NCBI GenBank assembly: GCA_050115495.1
Contig: JASFQK010000017.1
Location: forward strand, 67,384-131,383
Source of the DNA: Phycisphaerae bacterium
Lineage (GTDB): Bacteria; Planctomycetota; Phycisphaerae; UBA1845; Fen-1342
Length of the DNA stretch: 64,000 nt
Direction of reading: 5' to 3'
Part shown: in pieces, positions 34,677 through 44,182 of the stretch
How positions within the stretch are numbered: the stretch's first letter is position 1
Layout: each line of letters begins with the position of its first letter
Notes under the pieces: generated by a model
The model's input: only the letters and a program-made list of their open reading frames with translations
Told to the model about the DNA's origin: nothing
Database searches by the model: none
Translations under genes and position numbers: made by a program

Positions 34677-35678
34677 GTGATCACATCGATCGAAATTCAG
34701 AACCTGCGCGGCATCCACCACGGCGAGCTGAACGACCTCTCGCCGCTGACTATCCTCGTCGGCCCCAACGGCTGCGGAAAGAGCACCATCCTCGAGGCGT
34801 TCGTACTGGTCGTGGGGCTACCGGACCGCCGCAACACACGCACATTCGTCGCCGAACGACGGGCAAAGGTGACAGGAGCCGGGCGTCTGGTGAAGTGGCG
34901 AGGCGATGAACGCGCGGACCTGTTCGTTGCCGCGGGGCTGAGCAATCGCACCACCAAGCGCCTGCACGCGGATGTTACGCGTGACGATGGACAATGCCGT
35001 GGTAGGTTCGAGGTCGGCGCGGACTTCGATTTCACTGGCGTGACCACCACGAGACTAAGTCTTCTGGCACCGCTGCCTCCTGAGGCCGAGGTGCTCACGC
35101 CACTCAGGCTGATCGATTCTCGACCGCCTCATTCCGACGCTTCCCAATCCAACGGCCCCGTGCCCCTGCACCAGCTCTACACCGCGACCGTGAAGCGCGG
35201 CCATCGCGGTCGCGTCTTTGACCTGGTGAAGGCCACCGTGACTGATGCTGTAGCTCTGGAGATTCTCGCCCCAGAGGACCACCCCGAGCTGCACGTCGAC
35301 TTCCCCGATTGGGCGTTGCCGGTAGCGCTGCTCGGCGATGGCACGCATGAGTTGATCCGCCTCGTGCTGGAGCTCGCCTCCGTGAAGGACGGGTTGGTGC
35401 TGATCGAGGAGCCGGAATCCCACCAGCACCCCGCCAACATGCGTCTCGCGGCGCGGGCGATCCTCGCCGCCGTGGACCTGGGCGTGCAGGTTGTGCTGAC
35501 GACGCACAGCCTGGAGTTCATCGACTTTCTCCTGGCCGAATGCGGGGACAACGAGAAGCACCTCGACCAACTCAGCTTGTTTCGGCTTAAGCTCGACAAC
35601 GGCGAACTGCTCTCCGCGCGGGTCCCGGGCGCAGAGGTCGCCCGTGTGCGGCACGAAATCGAGGGTGATCTGCGGTGA
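34677..35678 (+). CDS. ABC-type ATPase (AAA_15/AAA_21-like)
   Basis: ITSIEIQNLRGI; Walker A GPNGCGKS; LGDG signature; Walker B LIEEPESHQHP; TTHS; GGAG RBS before GTG. Confidence 0.9.
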   Translation: MITSIEIQNLRGIHHGELNDLSPLTILVGPNGCGKSTILEAFVLVVGLPDRRNTRTFVAERRAKVTGAGRLVKWRGDERADLFVAAGLSNRTTKRLHADVTRDDGQCRGRFEVGADFDFTGVTTTRLSLLAPLPPEAEVLTPLRLIDSRPPHSDASQSNGPVPLHQLYTATVKRGHRGRVFDLVKATVTDAVALEILAPEDHPELHVDFPDWALPVALLGDGTHELIRLVLELASVKDGLVLIEEPESHQHPANMRLAARAILAAVDLGVQVVLTTHSLEFIDFLLAECGDNEKHLDQLSLFRLKLDNGELLSARVPGAEVARVRHEIEGDLR

Positions 35679-36433
35679 ATGAGGGGATCGTTCTCTGCGA
35701 GGGGTACGACGACCGCGCATTCTGGGCGGGCTGGCTCATCAAGCTCAGCCGCCAGGAGCCGCCTGCCGGCAACCCTGTCTTCGATCCCCGCGGGCGGAAG
35801 GTCGAAGGCGGCCACTACGGGTTCTACCCGAAGAGTGACAGGTTCGTCCGCATCGTCCCCTGCAAAGGCGCGACCAAGACCATCGGCGAAATGACCCGGC
35901 GTGTCCGCGAGCGGCAAGTAGATCCCTTCCAACACCTCGTGGTCTGCCTCGACCCAGACATCGACGTTTGCGGTGGCGACCAACGAACGGGAGTTCGTCC
36001 CGAGGACTTGCTCCGCATGGTGAAGGGATTGGCCCCCAACGCGCACCTCAACGCCAACGGCGACGTCGAGCTTGACGGCGGCACGGTGACCGTCTCCCTC
36101 GTCCGCTGGGAAACCCCGGACGCCCGGCAAGACGGCCTGCCCACGCAGCAGTGTCTCGAACGGCTGGTTTGTGCCGCGATCCTGAGAGCGTATCCCGATC
36201 GCGGCCCGGCCGTTCAGCAGTGGCTCAGCAGCCGCCCGGACCCGCCCACAACGGGCTCGCCCAAAGAACACGCCTGGTCGCACATGGCCGGCTGGTACGC
36301 CGAGCGCGGCTGCGATAGCTTCTACCGCGCCGTTTGGAAAGACAGGGAGGTCGCCAAGCACCTTGAGGCGCAGCTACGGGAGACCGGGGCCTGGCGCATC
36401 GCTGAAGCCCTCGTTGGGCCGTCCACCGCATGA
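35675..36433 (+). CDS. TOPRIM-like protein (DUF3226/DUF4435-like)
   Basis: IVLCEGYDD, CLDPD (DxD), CLE; GTGA overlap with the ATPase stop. Confidence 0.7.
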   Translation: MNEGIVLCEGYDDRAFWAGWLIKLSRQEPPAGNPVFDPRGRKVEGGHYGFYPKSDRFVRIVPCKGATKTIGEMTRRVRERQVDPFQHLVVCLDPDIDVCGGDQRTGVRPEDLLRMVKGLAPNAHLNANGDVELDGGTVTVSLVRWETPDARQDGLPTQQCLERLVCAAILRAYPDRGPAVQQWLSSRPDPPTTGSPKEHAWSHMAGWYAERGCDSFYRAVWKDREVAKHLEAQLRETGAWRIAEALVGPSTA

Positions 36434-37383
36434 CCGCCCGTTTCGTCGAAACTCTGCGTCAACAACCCGTCATCCTCGCCGAAGGCGCTGTCATCGAACG
36501 GCTTCGCCGGGACGGAGCGATGCCGCTCGATCCGCACGTGCTCCACGCCGGGTTCGTGTACGATGACGCGGCGCGGGCGGCGTTGCAGTGGGTGTACCAA
36601 AGCTACCTTGACGCCGGCAGGGCCGCCGGTCTGCCGCTGATCGTGCTCACGCCGACCTGGCGGGCGAATCCCGAGCGTCTCCGCGCCGCCGGACTGGCGG
36701 ACCGCGACGTGAATGGCGACGCCACGCGCTTTCTGGCGGGTTTGCGCGCCCAATGCGGCGAATACGCGTCGAATGTCTTCGTCGGCGGGCTCATGGGCTG
36801 TCGCGGCGATGCCTACGACCCACGCGACGCCTTCACCGAACGGGACGCCGCCGACTTCCACCGCTCGCAGGCTCAGGCCCTCGCCGACGCGGGCGTCGAT
36901 TTCCTGATGGCGGCCACGCTCCCCGCCGCGTCCGAGGCCCTCGGCATAGCCCGCGCGATGGCCGTCACCGCCGTACCGTACATCGTCAGCTTCATCGTCC
37001 GTCCCGCCGGCACGTTGCTCGACGGCACGCCGATCGCCGACTTCATCGCCCGCCTCGACACCGACGTCCGCCCCGCGCCGGCGGCGCTGATGGTCAACTG
37101 CGTCCACCCGACCGTGCTCGAAGCCGCCCTCGACGCCGCCCCGCAGGCCCGCGACCGCATCATCGGCCTCCAGGCCAACACCTCCCGTCGCGGCCCCGAG
37201 CAACTCGACGACGCCGCCGAACTCGACACCGAAAAGCCCGCCCCCTTCGCCGACGCGATGCTCCGCGCCCACCGGCGATTCGGCCTGCGCATCCTCGGCG
37301 GCTGCTGCGGCACGGACGACCGCCACATCCGCGCCATCGCCGAGCGGGTGAAGCTGGACATCGACGAGGGTAAGAGCACATGA
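36430..37383 (+). CDS. Homocysteine S-methyltransferase family protein
   Basis: TPTWRAN, VNCVHP, GGCCGT zinc motif. Confidence 0.9.
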   Translation: MTARFVETLRQQPVILAEGAVIERLRRDGAMPLDPHVLHAGFVYDDAARAALQWVYQSYLDAGRAAGLPLIVLTPTWRANPERLRAAGLADRDVNGDATRFLAGLRAQCGEYASNVFVGGLMGCRGDAYDPRDAFTERDAADFHRSQAQALADAGVDFLMAATLPAASEALGIARAMAVTAVPYIVSFIVRPAGTLLDGTPIADFIARLDTDVRPAPAALMVNCVHPTVLEAALDAAPQARDRIIGLQANTSRRGPEQLDDAAELDTEKPAPFADAMLRAHRRFGLRILGGCCGTDDRHIRAIAERVKLDIDEGKST

Positions 37384-37480
37384 ATCGAACTCGGGTGGGT
37401 CGGGCGTGCCGCCCGACGTTCGTTGACTTCAGGGCGAGGATGGCAGGCGAGAGGCCTGCCCCACCCAGAGCAGGGGATTG
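37382..37480. repeat. Degenerate copy of MITE family D
   Basis: ggtgggtcgggcgt..cgcccgac.ttcgttga.ttca...ggcaggcgaga.gcctgccccacccag.gc.ggggattg matches the interior of 63756-63874. Confidence 0.75.
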
Positions 37481-37534
37481 CCTCGCAAGCTCCGAGGGCT
37501 GTCCCGCCCCGCAGGAGCGCAACGGAGGCGCAGC

Positions 37535-38167
37535 GTGAGCGAACGCGGCGCCGGCGACAACGTGCGTTTCTGGAACGGTCTGGCCGAGCGTTACGATTGG
37601 ACGGTGAGTTGGTTCGGCCGCAGCTACGGGGAGATGATCCGAACAACGGTGCAGGATGTCGGCCACGCCGAACGCGTGCTCGACGTGGGAACAGGCACGG
37701 GCCTCGTGGCGCTCGAGTTGGCGAAGACCGTCGGCGAGGTCGTGGGCATCGATCCGGCGGAAACGATGATCCGCGTGGCTCGGCGGAAGGCGGCGGCGGC
37801 AGAGCTGACGAACGTAACCTTTGACGTACAGGACGCTTACGAGACGAGCTTCGAGAACGGGGCGTTCGACGCCGTCACCTGCTGCAACGTCCTGCACGTC
37901 ATCCAGACGCCGGAGCGAGCCCTGGCCGAGATTCGGCGGGTGTTGCGGCCCGAGGGCCTGCTGGTCGCACCGACGTATTGCCACGGGCAGACCTGGCTGT
38001 CGCGCTTGCTGCGGCGATTGTCCACGGTGGGCGGCTTCAAGGTGTATCAGCGATTCACCGTCGACGCGTACACGGCACTGCTGGAGCGTTGCGGCTTCAC
38101 CGTGCTGTGTGCGCAGTTGCGGCGCGGGCCGGTGCCGAACGCGCACGTGGTGGCCCGCCCGGTCTGA
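37535..38167 (+). CDS. Class I SAM-dependent methyltransferase
   Basis: VLDVGTGTG; FDAV; RVLRPEG; GGAGG RBS. Confidence 0.9.
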   Translation: MSERGAGDNVRFWNGLAERYDWTVSWFGRSYGEMIRTTVQDVGHAERVLDVGTGTGLVALELAKTVGEVVGIDPAETMIRVARRKAAAAELTNVTFDVQDAYETSFENGAFDAVTCCNVLHVIQTPERALAEIRRVLRPEGLLVAPTYCHGQTWLSRLLRRLSTVGGFKVYQRFTVDAYTALLERCGFTVLCAQLRRGPVPNAHVVARPV

Positions 38168-38295
38168 CCCGCCGATTGCCACGAGCGGCTCAAACTGCTA
38201 TACGATCACAGGTGTGGGGACAGCCACGCATCCGGTCCTCCACGAAGGCAGTTCACGCTCAACGCTCGCCGGCACTCGCCGAAGGAAGGTGCGAC

Positions 38296-39126
38296 ATGAA
38301 GGACGCTCTGGTTCAGCTCCTTGGGCGGGAGCACCGCCTGCACGACGTCAACCTGGCCCTTCGCCGGTACATCCGCGATTTGGACGCTCCGGTGGTCGGG
38401 GCGCTGCACGTGACCTGTGCCGATGAGTCGGAGTGGGAGTGCATCGACTCGTTCCAGCGCAGCTTCGTCGCCGAGATGCTGCCGGACCTGAAGTTCGCCC
38501 GCAAGGCACCGTTTCGCCTGTCCAATCTCGGAGCCCGCTACGAATGGGGCGCCCTGCCCGTAGCCGAGCATCATTACGCTACGCCCGAGTCGCGCTCGAC
38601 CTTCAAGGCACTGCTCGTCAAGCTGAACGCCCACGTGGCGGTCGACGGCTTCGGCGAGCAGTCGTGCTACGGCCGCATGCAGCGCTACGACACACACTCG
38701 ACCGCGTGCGGCGCGCTGCACGCCCTGATGGCGGGCAACGACAACCCCTCGCTCCGCGACCTGCGCGAAGCCTTCGAGGAAGAAGGCATCGACCGGCTAG
38801 CCCTGCTCGCCGACGACCAGCGGGTCGACCCCGCGCAGCGCAGCCTGTTCGTCGCCCTCATCAACGCTCGCCGGCAAACGGCCCGCGTGCTCCGCGAAAT
38901 CGCCGAGCACGTCCCGGCCAGCCCGACGTTCTACGTCGTCGCCTCGTGCGTAACACTCAACCGACCGGCGGAGGACACGGAGCTGCTCTGTGGCCTGGCC
39001 CTGGTGGACCACCGCACCGGCGAGCAAACGGCGGAATACATCGGCCTCGGCGACGACCCCACGCGCTACCGCGTAACCTACGAGGGCCCCACCCTCATGG
39101 TCCACGACGACAACCTACCGGCCTGA
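38296..39126 (+). CDS. Hypothetical protein, LCIB-like beta-carbonic anhydrase candidate
   Basis: TCADE, FRLSNLG, NAHVAVDG, STACGAL in the order of the LCIB family Cys/His/Cys ligands. Confidence 0.55.
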   Translation: MKDALVQLLGREHRLHDVNLALRRYIRDLDAPVVGALHVTCADESEWECIDSFQRSFVAEMLPDLKFARKAPFRLSNLGARYEWGALPVAEHHYATPESRSTFKALLVKLNAHVAVDGFGEQSCYGRMQRYDTHSTACGALHALMAGNDNPSLRDLREAFEEEGIDRLALLADDQRVDPAQRSLFVALINARRQTARVLREIAEHVPASPTFYVVASCVTLNRPAEDTELLCGLALVDHRTGEQTAEYIGLGDDPTRYRVTYEGPTLMVHDDNLPA

Positions 39127-39164
39127 TCGCGGCGTCGGAGTGGAGTGGGGCGGATTCCACCCGT

Positions 39165-39329
39165 CGGGTGCCACTGGTGGCTTGCCCACCAGTGCAGTCC
39201 GCATTGCCGCCGCACGAACGCCGTTCGACCTGCCCACGCTCGGCGGGCGAAGCCCGCCCTACCTGCTCTCGGCAAACCCCACTCCCCCCCGGGTGCGCCC
39301 GCCTCGTTGCCTGGTTGCCTGGTTGCCTT
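39165..39329. repeat. REP-like cluster (family B, a GTAG-type palindrome, 8-mer tandem)
   Basis: cgggtgccactggtggcttgcccaccagtgc identical to 63674-63704; cggcgggcgaagcccgccctac; (gttgcctg)x3 at 39306-39329. Confidence 0.75.
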
Positions 39330-39340
39330 GCCCCCCACCC

Positions 39341-40525
39341 TCAGAACGCCCCGACCCCGCCGATTTCCCGCCCCACAATCAACTGATGAATCGTCTCCGT
39401 CCCCTCGTACGTGATGACGCTCTCCAGGTTGAGCGCGTGGCGGATCGGCGCGCATTCGACGCTGATACCGGCGGCACCGAGCATGTCACGGGCCGTGCGG
39501 GCGACGTCGAGGGCCATCCGCACGTTGTTCCACTTGGCCAGTGACACCTGGCTATGGTGCATCTGGCCGGCGTCCTTCAGCCGGCCGAGCTGCCAGACCA
39601 GGAGCTGCGCGGTCGTGATCCGGCGAGCCATATCGGCCAGCCGCTGCTGCACGATCTGCTTGTGGATGAGCGCCTCGCCGAAGAGAACGCGTTGCCGGGC
39701 GAAGGCCAGTGCCTCGCGATAGCAGGCCTGCGCCGCACCGACCGCCCCCCACGCGATGCCGTAGCGGGCCTGCGTCAGGCAACTGAGCGGCGCTCCGAGC
39801 CCCTCCGCCAGCGGCAACCGGCTGCTCTCCGGCACGCGCACATCCTCGAAGAACAGCTCCGACGTGACCGACGCCCGCAATGAGAACTTGTGCGCGATGT
39901 CCCGGGTCGTGTATCCCGGCGTACGCCGCTCGACGAGGAAACCGCGAACCCCGTCCGGCGTCATCGCCCACACGACGGCGACGTCCGCGAGCGTCCCGTT
40001 CGTGATCCACATCTTCGCCCCGTTGAGCACCCAGTCGCCGCCGTCACGCCGGGCACGCGTCTTCATCGTGCCGGGATCGGAGCCACCGTCCGGCTCGGTC
40101 AGGCCGAAGCAGCCGACCGTCTCCGCCCGAGCGAGCGCCGGCAGCCACCGCTGCTTCTGCTCCGGCGACCCGTAGCGATCCAGCGGGTACATGACGAGGC
40201 CGCCCTGCACCGAGGCAAAGCTGCGCAGGCCGCTATCGCCGCGCTCCAGCTCTTGCATGATCAGGCCGTAGGCGACGTTGCTCAGGCCGGCGCAGCCGTA
40301 ATCCTCGAACGTCGGCCCCAGCAGCCCCATGCCGGCCATTTCGGGCAGCAGCTCGACGGGAAAACGCCCCTGTTCGAAGCAGTCGGCGATAATCGGCAGC
40401 ACACGCTCGTCAACCCAGCGGGCCACGGTCGCCTGCACCTGCCGTTCGTCCTCGCTCAGCAGGCCGGCGAGGTGGAAATAGTCCGGGGCATGTGGGTCGA
40501 AACAGGCGGCGGTATCGTCGGGCAA
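39341..40525 (-). CDS. Acyl-CoA dehydrogenase (glutaryl-CoA dehydrogenase-like)
   Basis: GCFGLTEPDGGSD, LNGAKMWITNG, ARYGIAWG, TYEGT; TTG start after GAGGAG. Confidence 0.92.
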   Translation of the reverse strand: MPDDTAACFDPHAPDYFHLAGLLSEDERQVQATVARWVDERVLPIIADCFEQGRFPVELLPEMAGMGLLGPTFEDYGCAGLSNVAYGLIMQELERGDSGLRSFASVQGGLVMYPLDRYGSPEQKQRWLPALARAETVGCFGLTEPDGGSDPGTMKTRARRDGGDWVLNGAKMWITNGTLADVAVVWAMTPDGVRGFLVERRTPGYTTRDIAHKFSLRASVTSELFFEDVRVPESSRLPLAEGLGAPLSCLTQARYGIAWGAVGAAQACYREALAFARQRVLFGEALIHKQIVQQRLADMARRITTAQLLVWQLGRLKDAGQMHHSQVSLAKWNNVRMALDVARTARDMLGAAGISVECAPIRHALNLESVITYEGTETIHQLIVGREIGGVGAF

Positions 40526-40831
40526 AGCACATCTCCTCATCGCCGGCACATCCCTGCCGGCCAGCGCGGTGCGCGATTCTAGCGGCGCCCCCCACCCCCG
40601 ACCACCGCCGGCCGACGCACCACCGTAGGGCGGGTTTCACCCGCCGCCCGCTCGTTCGCCGAGAGAACGTCCGTCTCGCCCAGCAAGCCGTGGCGGGCCG
40701 AGTCCGCCCCGCCTCCTTGTGTACAAGCCACCGATATACCGCTGCCCCTTGATCCAAACGCCAGCGGCAACTACAAATTTGACAGACGTGGTTGTCGGCT
40801 GGTCCGGCGACCGGCCATGCCGGAGAGCCGC

Positions 40832-42823
40832 ATGCCGCTCAAGATCCGCTGCCCGCACTGCCACAAGACGCTGCTCGCGGACGACGCCACCGCCGGCGAA
40901 GAGAAGCTCTGCCCGGCCTGCGAGCACGCCTTCACCGTCCCCCTGCCGCGCGACCTGAAAATCGAGGCCAGCACGACGAAGGTCGGCGTGCCCTGCCCGC
41001 GCTGCTCGGCGGACGTGGCCCCGGGCACGACCATTTGCCCGCGCTGCGCCACGGTGCTGGCCACCGGTCGGCGCCTTCCCTGGCATCGCCGACTGCGGCG
41101 TGTTTCGGGCCGCACGTGGCTGATCAGCGCTGCGATCGTGCTGGTCGTCGCCCTCGGAACGCACATCGGCGTGCAGATCTATCGGGCGAAGACGGTACCG
41201 GAAGGCGCGCCCTCGCTCGCCTACGTCCCCCCGCCGCGCATTCCGCTCGCCGCCGCCAGCCTGGCAGCGCGCCTGCTCGACGCGAAGAACACGGACGAGC
41301 GACAGGAAGCGCACGACCGGCTGCTGCTCGGCGGCGCCCAGGAGCTCGACCGCGTCGCCGCCGCCGTCGCCGACGAATTGCAGCGCACCCTCGCCGGCGA
41401 CACCCACCGCGCCGTGTCGGCGGCCAACCAGCGTGTGGCCATCGAGCTGCTGGGCCGGGCCGCCAGGAACGATCCTCAAGCCCTCGTCCTTTACGGCCCC
41501 GTGCTCGACACCTGCACGCACCACGACGCCTTACAGGAGACCGCCTGGCGCGTGCGGGCCGCCCTGGGCGACAAGGAGGCGTTCACGCATGTCCGCCCGC
41601 TCTGGCGGCGTGACGTGCGCCGCTGGCTGTTCCTGGCCCGCCTGGCCGAGCTCACCCCCGAGCAGTACGCCGCCCCGGCCCAGTACGCCCTGCGACAGAC
41701 GCGGCGAGAAAAGGACCGTACGGCCGAGGCCCTCCGCGGCCTGGGCCGCCACGACCCCGACGCCGTCCTCGGCAACCTGATGGACACGTATTGGGAAAGC
41801 TGGAGCTGGCTCGGCCAGCAGCGCGGGGCCCGGGTGGCCGCCGAGCTGTTCGACCTCGCCCGTCCCACCGCACCCACGGGAACCGGCGATTTCGAAGCCG
41901 AAAAGACGGCTATCCGCGCCGCCCGCGACACGCTGCTGCGGGCGAGCCAGTGGCCGGCCCCGACGGCCCGGGCCGCGGCCGGCATCGTGCTCGCCCTCGG
42001 TGCCCCGCAGTACCGCTCGGCCCGCGAACGCGTCGCCGACACGCTGCCCGCGAGCCTGCCCGATATCCCCCCCGCCGCCCAGCAGTGCGTCACCTGGGCC
42101 CTCGCCCGCCTCACCGGCCGCCAATTCGGCGGTACAACGCAGCACACGATGCCCCAGGACGTCACGCGTGACGATGTGGTGGCCGTTCTGCACTGGGCCC
42201 AGACCCGCGGGCTCGTCGACTCTGGGGAACTCAAGGTCCCCGCGGACCGCTATCCACAGCCGATCGAACTGACCTGCCGCGTCGTGCCGGCGGAGCGACA
42301 ACTCGAGCGTGAACTGCTGCGGAAACTGCGCGAAGGCTGGCCGGCCGCCGACGATGCCCTGGACCAATGGCGGGCGGCGAGCCTGGGCTGCACGTCCGCG
42401 GTTGTGGAGCTGCTGAACCCCGGCGAGCGCGCTCCCGACTATCCGGCCCTGGCGGCGGCCCTGGTTATCGCGGCCCAATCCGACCAACCCGACGTCCGAC
42501 GACGGCTAACGCTCTGGCGTGAAGCGACGGACCAGCCGGCGTGGGTCCGAGAACTCGCCTACGCCGCCCTCGGCGCCCAGGACGCCCGCCACGGAACGTG
42601 GGACAGCGGCTGGCCGGCGAAGCTCGACCCCGCCCCCTACACCCAGCTCGACGGGCCAGGCCCCCGCTGGCGGCACTTCGGCTTCATCCTGGCGACGGGT
42701 GGCACAAACATGCTGGAGCGACTAAATACATTCGAGCCGGCACCGTTGCCGCCGCCGATGATGTCCAGGCTGACCGTCGCCGCCGAGCGGGCCGGCGGCG
42801 GGCCCCCGTTGGTCGCCCCCTAA
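40832..42823 (+). CDS. Hypothetical membrane protein with N-terminal zinc ribbons and alpha-helical (HEAT-like) domain
   Basis: CPHC..CPAC..CPRC..CPRC, one TM, Ala/Arg/Leu-rich helical remainder. Confidence 0.7.
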   Translation: MPLKIRCPHCHKTLLADDATAGEEKLCPACEHAFTVPLPRDLKIEASTTKVGVPCPRCSADVAPGTTICPRCATVLATGRRLPWHRRLRRVSGRTWLISAAIVLVVALGTHIGVQIYRAKTVPEGAPSLAYVPPPRIPLAAASLAARLLDAKNTDERQEAHDRLLLGGAQELDRVAAAVADELQRTLAGDTHRAVSAANQRVAIELLGRAARNDPQALVLYGPVLDTCTHHDALQETAWRVRAALGDKEAFTHVRPLWRRDVRRWLFLARLAELTPEQYAAPAQYALRQTRREKDRTAEALRGLGRHDPDAVLGNLMDTYWESWSWLGQQRGARVAAELFDLARPTAPTGTGDFEAEKTAIRAARDTLLRASQWPAPTARAAAGIVLALGAPQYRSARERVADTLPASLPDIPPAAQQCVTWALARLTGRQFGGTTQHTMPQDVTRDDVVAVLHWAQTRGLVDSGELKVPADRYPQPIELTCRVVPAERQLERELLRKLREGWPAADDALDQWRAASLGCTSAVVELLNPGERAPDYPALAAALVIAAQSDQPDVRRRLTLWREATDQPAWVRELAYAALGAQDARHGTWDSGWPAKLDPAPYTQLDGPGPRWRHFGFILATGGTNMLERLNTFEPAPLPPPMMSRLTVAAERAGGGPPLVAP

Positions 42824-42850
42824 CCGATCCGTGCAGAGAGACCCGGACAG

Positions 42851-44035
42851 ATGCTGATCCCCATCGGCACCGACGTACGCCCCCGTAAACCGCCCGCCGG
42901 CAACTACATCCTCATCTTCCTGAACGTGGCGATCTTCCTCTTCACGAACACGGGGCTCGGTAAGTCGGCCGGCGGGCAGCTGCGCGACCTCTGGACCCTA
43001 TACGCCGCCGTCCCCGATCTCGGCCAGTACATCACTTACCAGTTCCTCCATGCCGACTGGATGCACCTGGCCGGCAACATGCTCTTCCTGTGGATCTTCG
43101 GCAACGCCGTCTGCGACCGCATGGGCTCGCTGTGCTACGTGCTCTTCTACCTCGCCGGCGGCGTCTGTGCCGGGGCGACGTTCGCCGCCTTCAACGATAA
43201 CGCCATCCTCGGCGCATCCGGGTCCATCGCCGCCGTCACCACCGCCTTCCTCGTCCTCTTCCCCCGCGTGCACGTGACGTTGCTGTTGTGGCTGATCATC
43301 ATCACCGTGATCCAGGTGCCGGCGATGATCGTCATCGTCTTCAAGATCATCCTCTGGGACAACGTCATCGCCCCCTCGCTCGACCAGTCGGCGGTCTCCA
43401 GCGTGGCCTACTCGGCGCACCTCGGCGGCTACGCGTTCGGCTTCGCCGTGGCCGTGATCATGCTCATCACCCGGGCCCTACCGCGCAACCAGTTCGACCT
43501 GCTGGCCCTGTGGAGCCGCTGGCAGCGCCGTGCCGGCCTGCAACCGGTCGGCGGCGGATCTCTGCGGGCCCGGCCGATCGAAGTCACCGAGGTCGATTCC
43601 CGCCCACTGAGCACCGTGCCCCTGACCGCGGCGGAGCAGTTGCGTGAAGAGGCCCTCGAGCGTCTCAGCGACGGCGACCACGCCGCCGCCACCGCCGCCT
43701 ACCTCAAACTCCTCGAAATCGAGCCGCAACAGGTGCTGCCGCGCGCGGCGCAGTTGGAAGTGGCCAACTATCTGGCCCAGACGCAGCGCCACATCACCGC
43801 CGCGATGGCGTACGAGCTGTTCCTCGCCGCTTACCCGGGGGCCGGGGACGCGCCGCAGGTGCGCCTGCTGTTGGGCCTGATCTGCGCCCGTTATCTGCAC
43901 CAGTACGAACGGGCGGCCATGCACCTGCGCCGGGCCCGGAGCGGCCTGACCATCGAGGCGCAGCGCGCGATGGCCGAAAGCGAATTGCGACAGATCGAGC
44001 CACACCTTTCCGGACCGCCCTCGCCCGAGCCCTAA
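42851..44035 (+). CDS. Rhomboid intramembrane serine protease with C-terminal TPR-like domain
   Basis: HADWMHLAGNM, GASGS, AHLGG. Confidence 0.92.
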   Translation: MLIPIGTDVRPRKPPAGNYILIFLNVAIFLFTNTGLGKSAGGQLRDLWTLYAAVPDLGQYITYQFLHADWMHLAGNMLFLWIFGNAVCDRMGSLCYVLFYLAGGVCAGATFAAFNDNAILGASGSIAAVTTAFLVLFPRVHVTLLLWLIIITVIQVPAMIVIVFKIILWDNVIAPSLDQSAVSSVAYSAHLGGYAFGFAVAVIMLITRALPRNQFDLLALWSRWQRRAGLQPVGGGSLRARPIEVTEVDSRPLSTVPLTAAEQLREEALERLSDGDHAAATAAYLKLLEIEPQQVLPRAAQLEVANYLAQTQRHITAAMAYELFLAAYPGAGDAPQVRLLLGLICARYLHQYERAAMHLRRARSGLTIEAQRAMAESELRQIEPHLSGPPSPEP

Positions 44036-44182
44036 GACCCGCCTGCCAGCTCCCCAACGGCCCGCGCGGTTCTATTGAATGGCCCTCGCCAGGGGGACGA
44101 TACAGCAGCGACTTGTCGTTGCGGGCCGCCCCTGCGCCCCTGAGTCGGGCGGCACCGTTTTTCGGAACGGGCGCGAGACGCT

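Noticed and set aside
42851..44035. Rhombosortase for the Cys-TM-Arg tails
   Set aside because: It is about 12 kb away, the tails lack a GlyGly motif, and nothing in the sequence links them.
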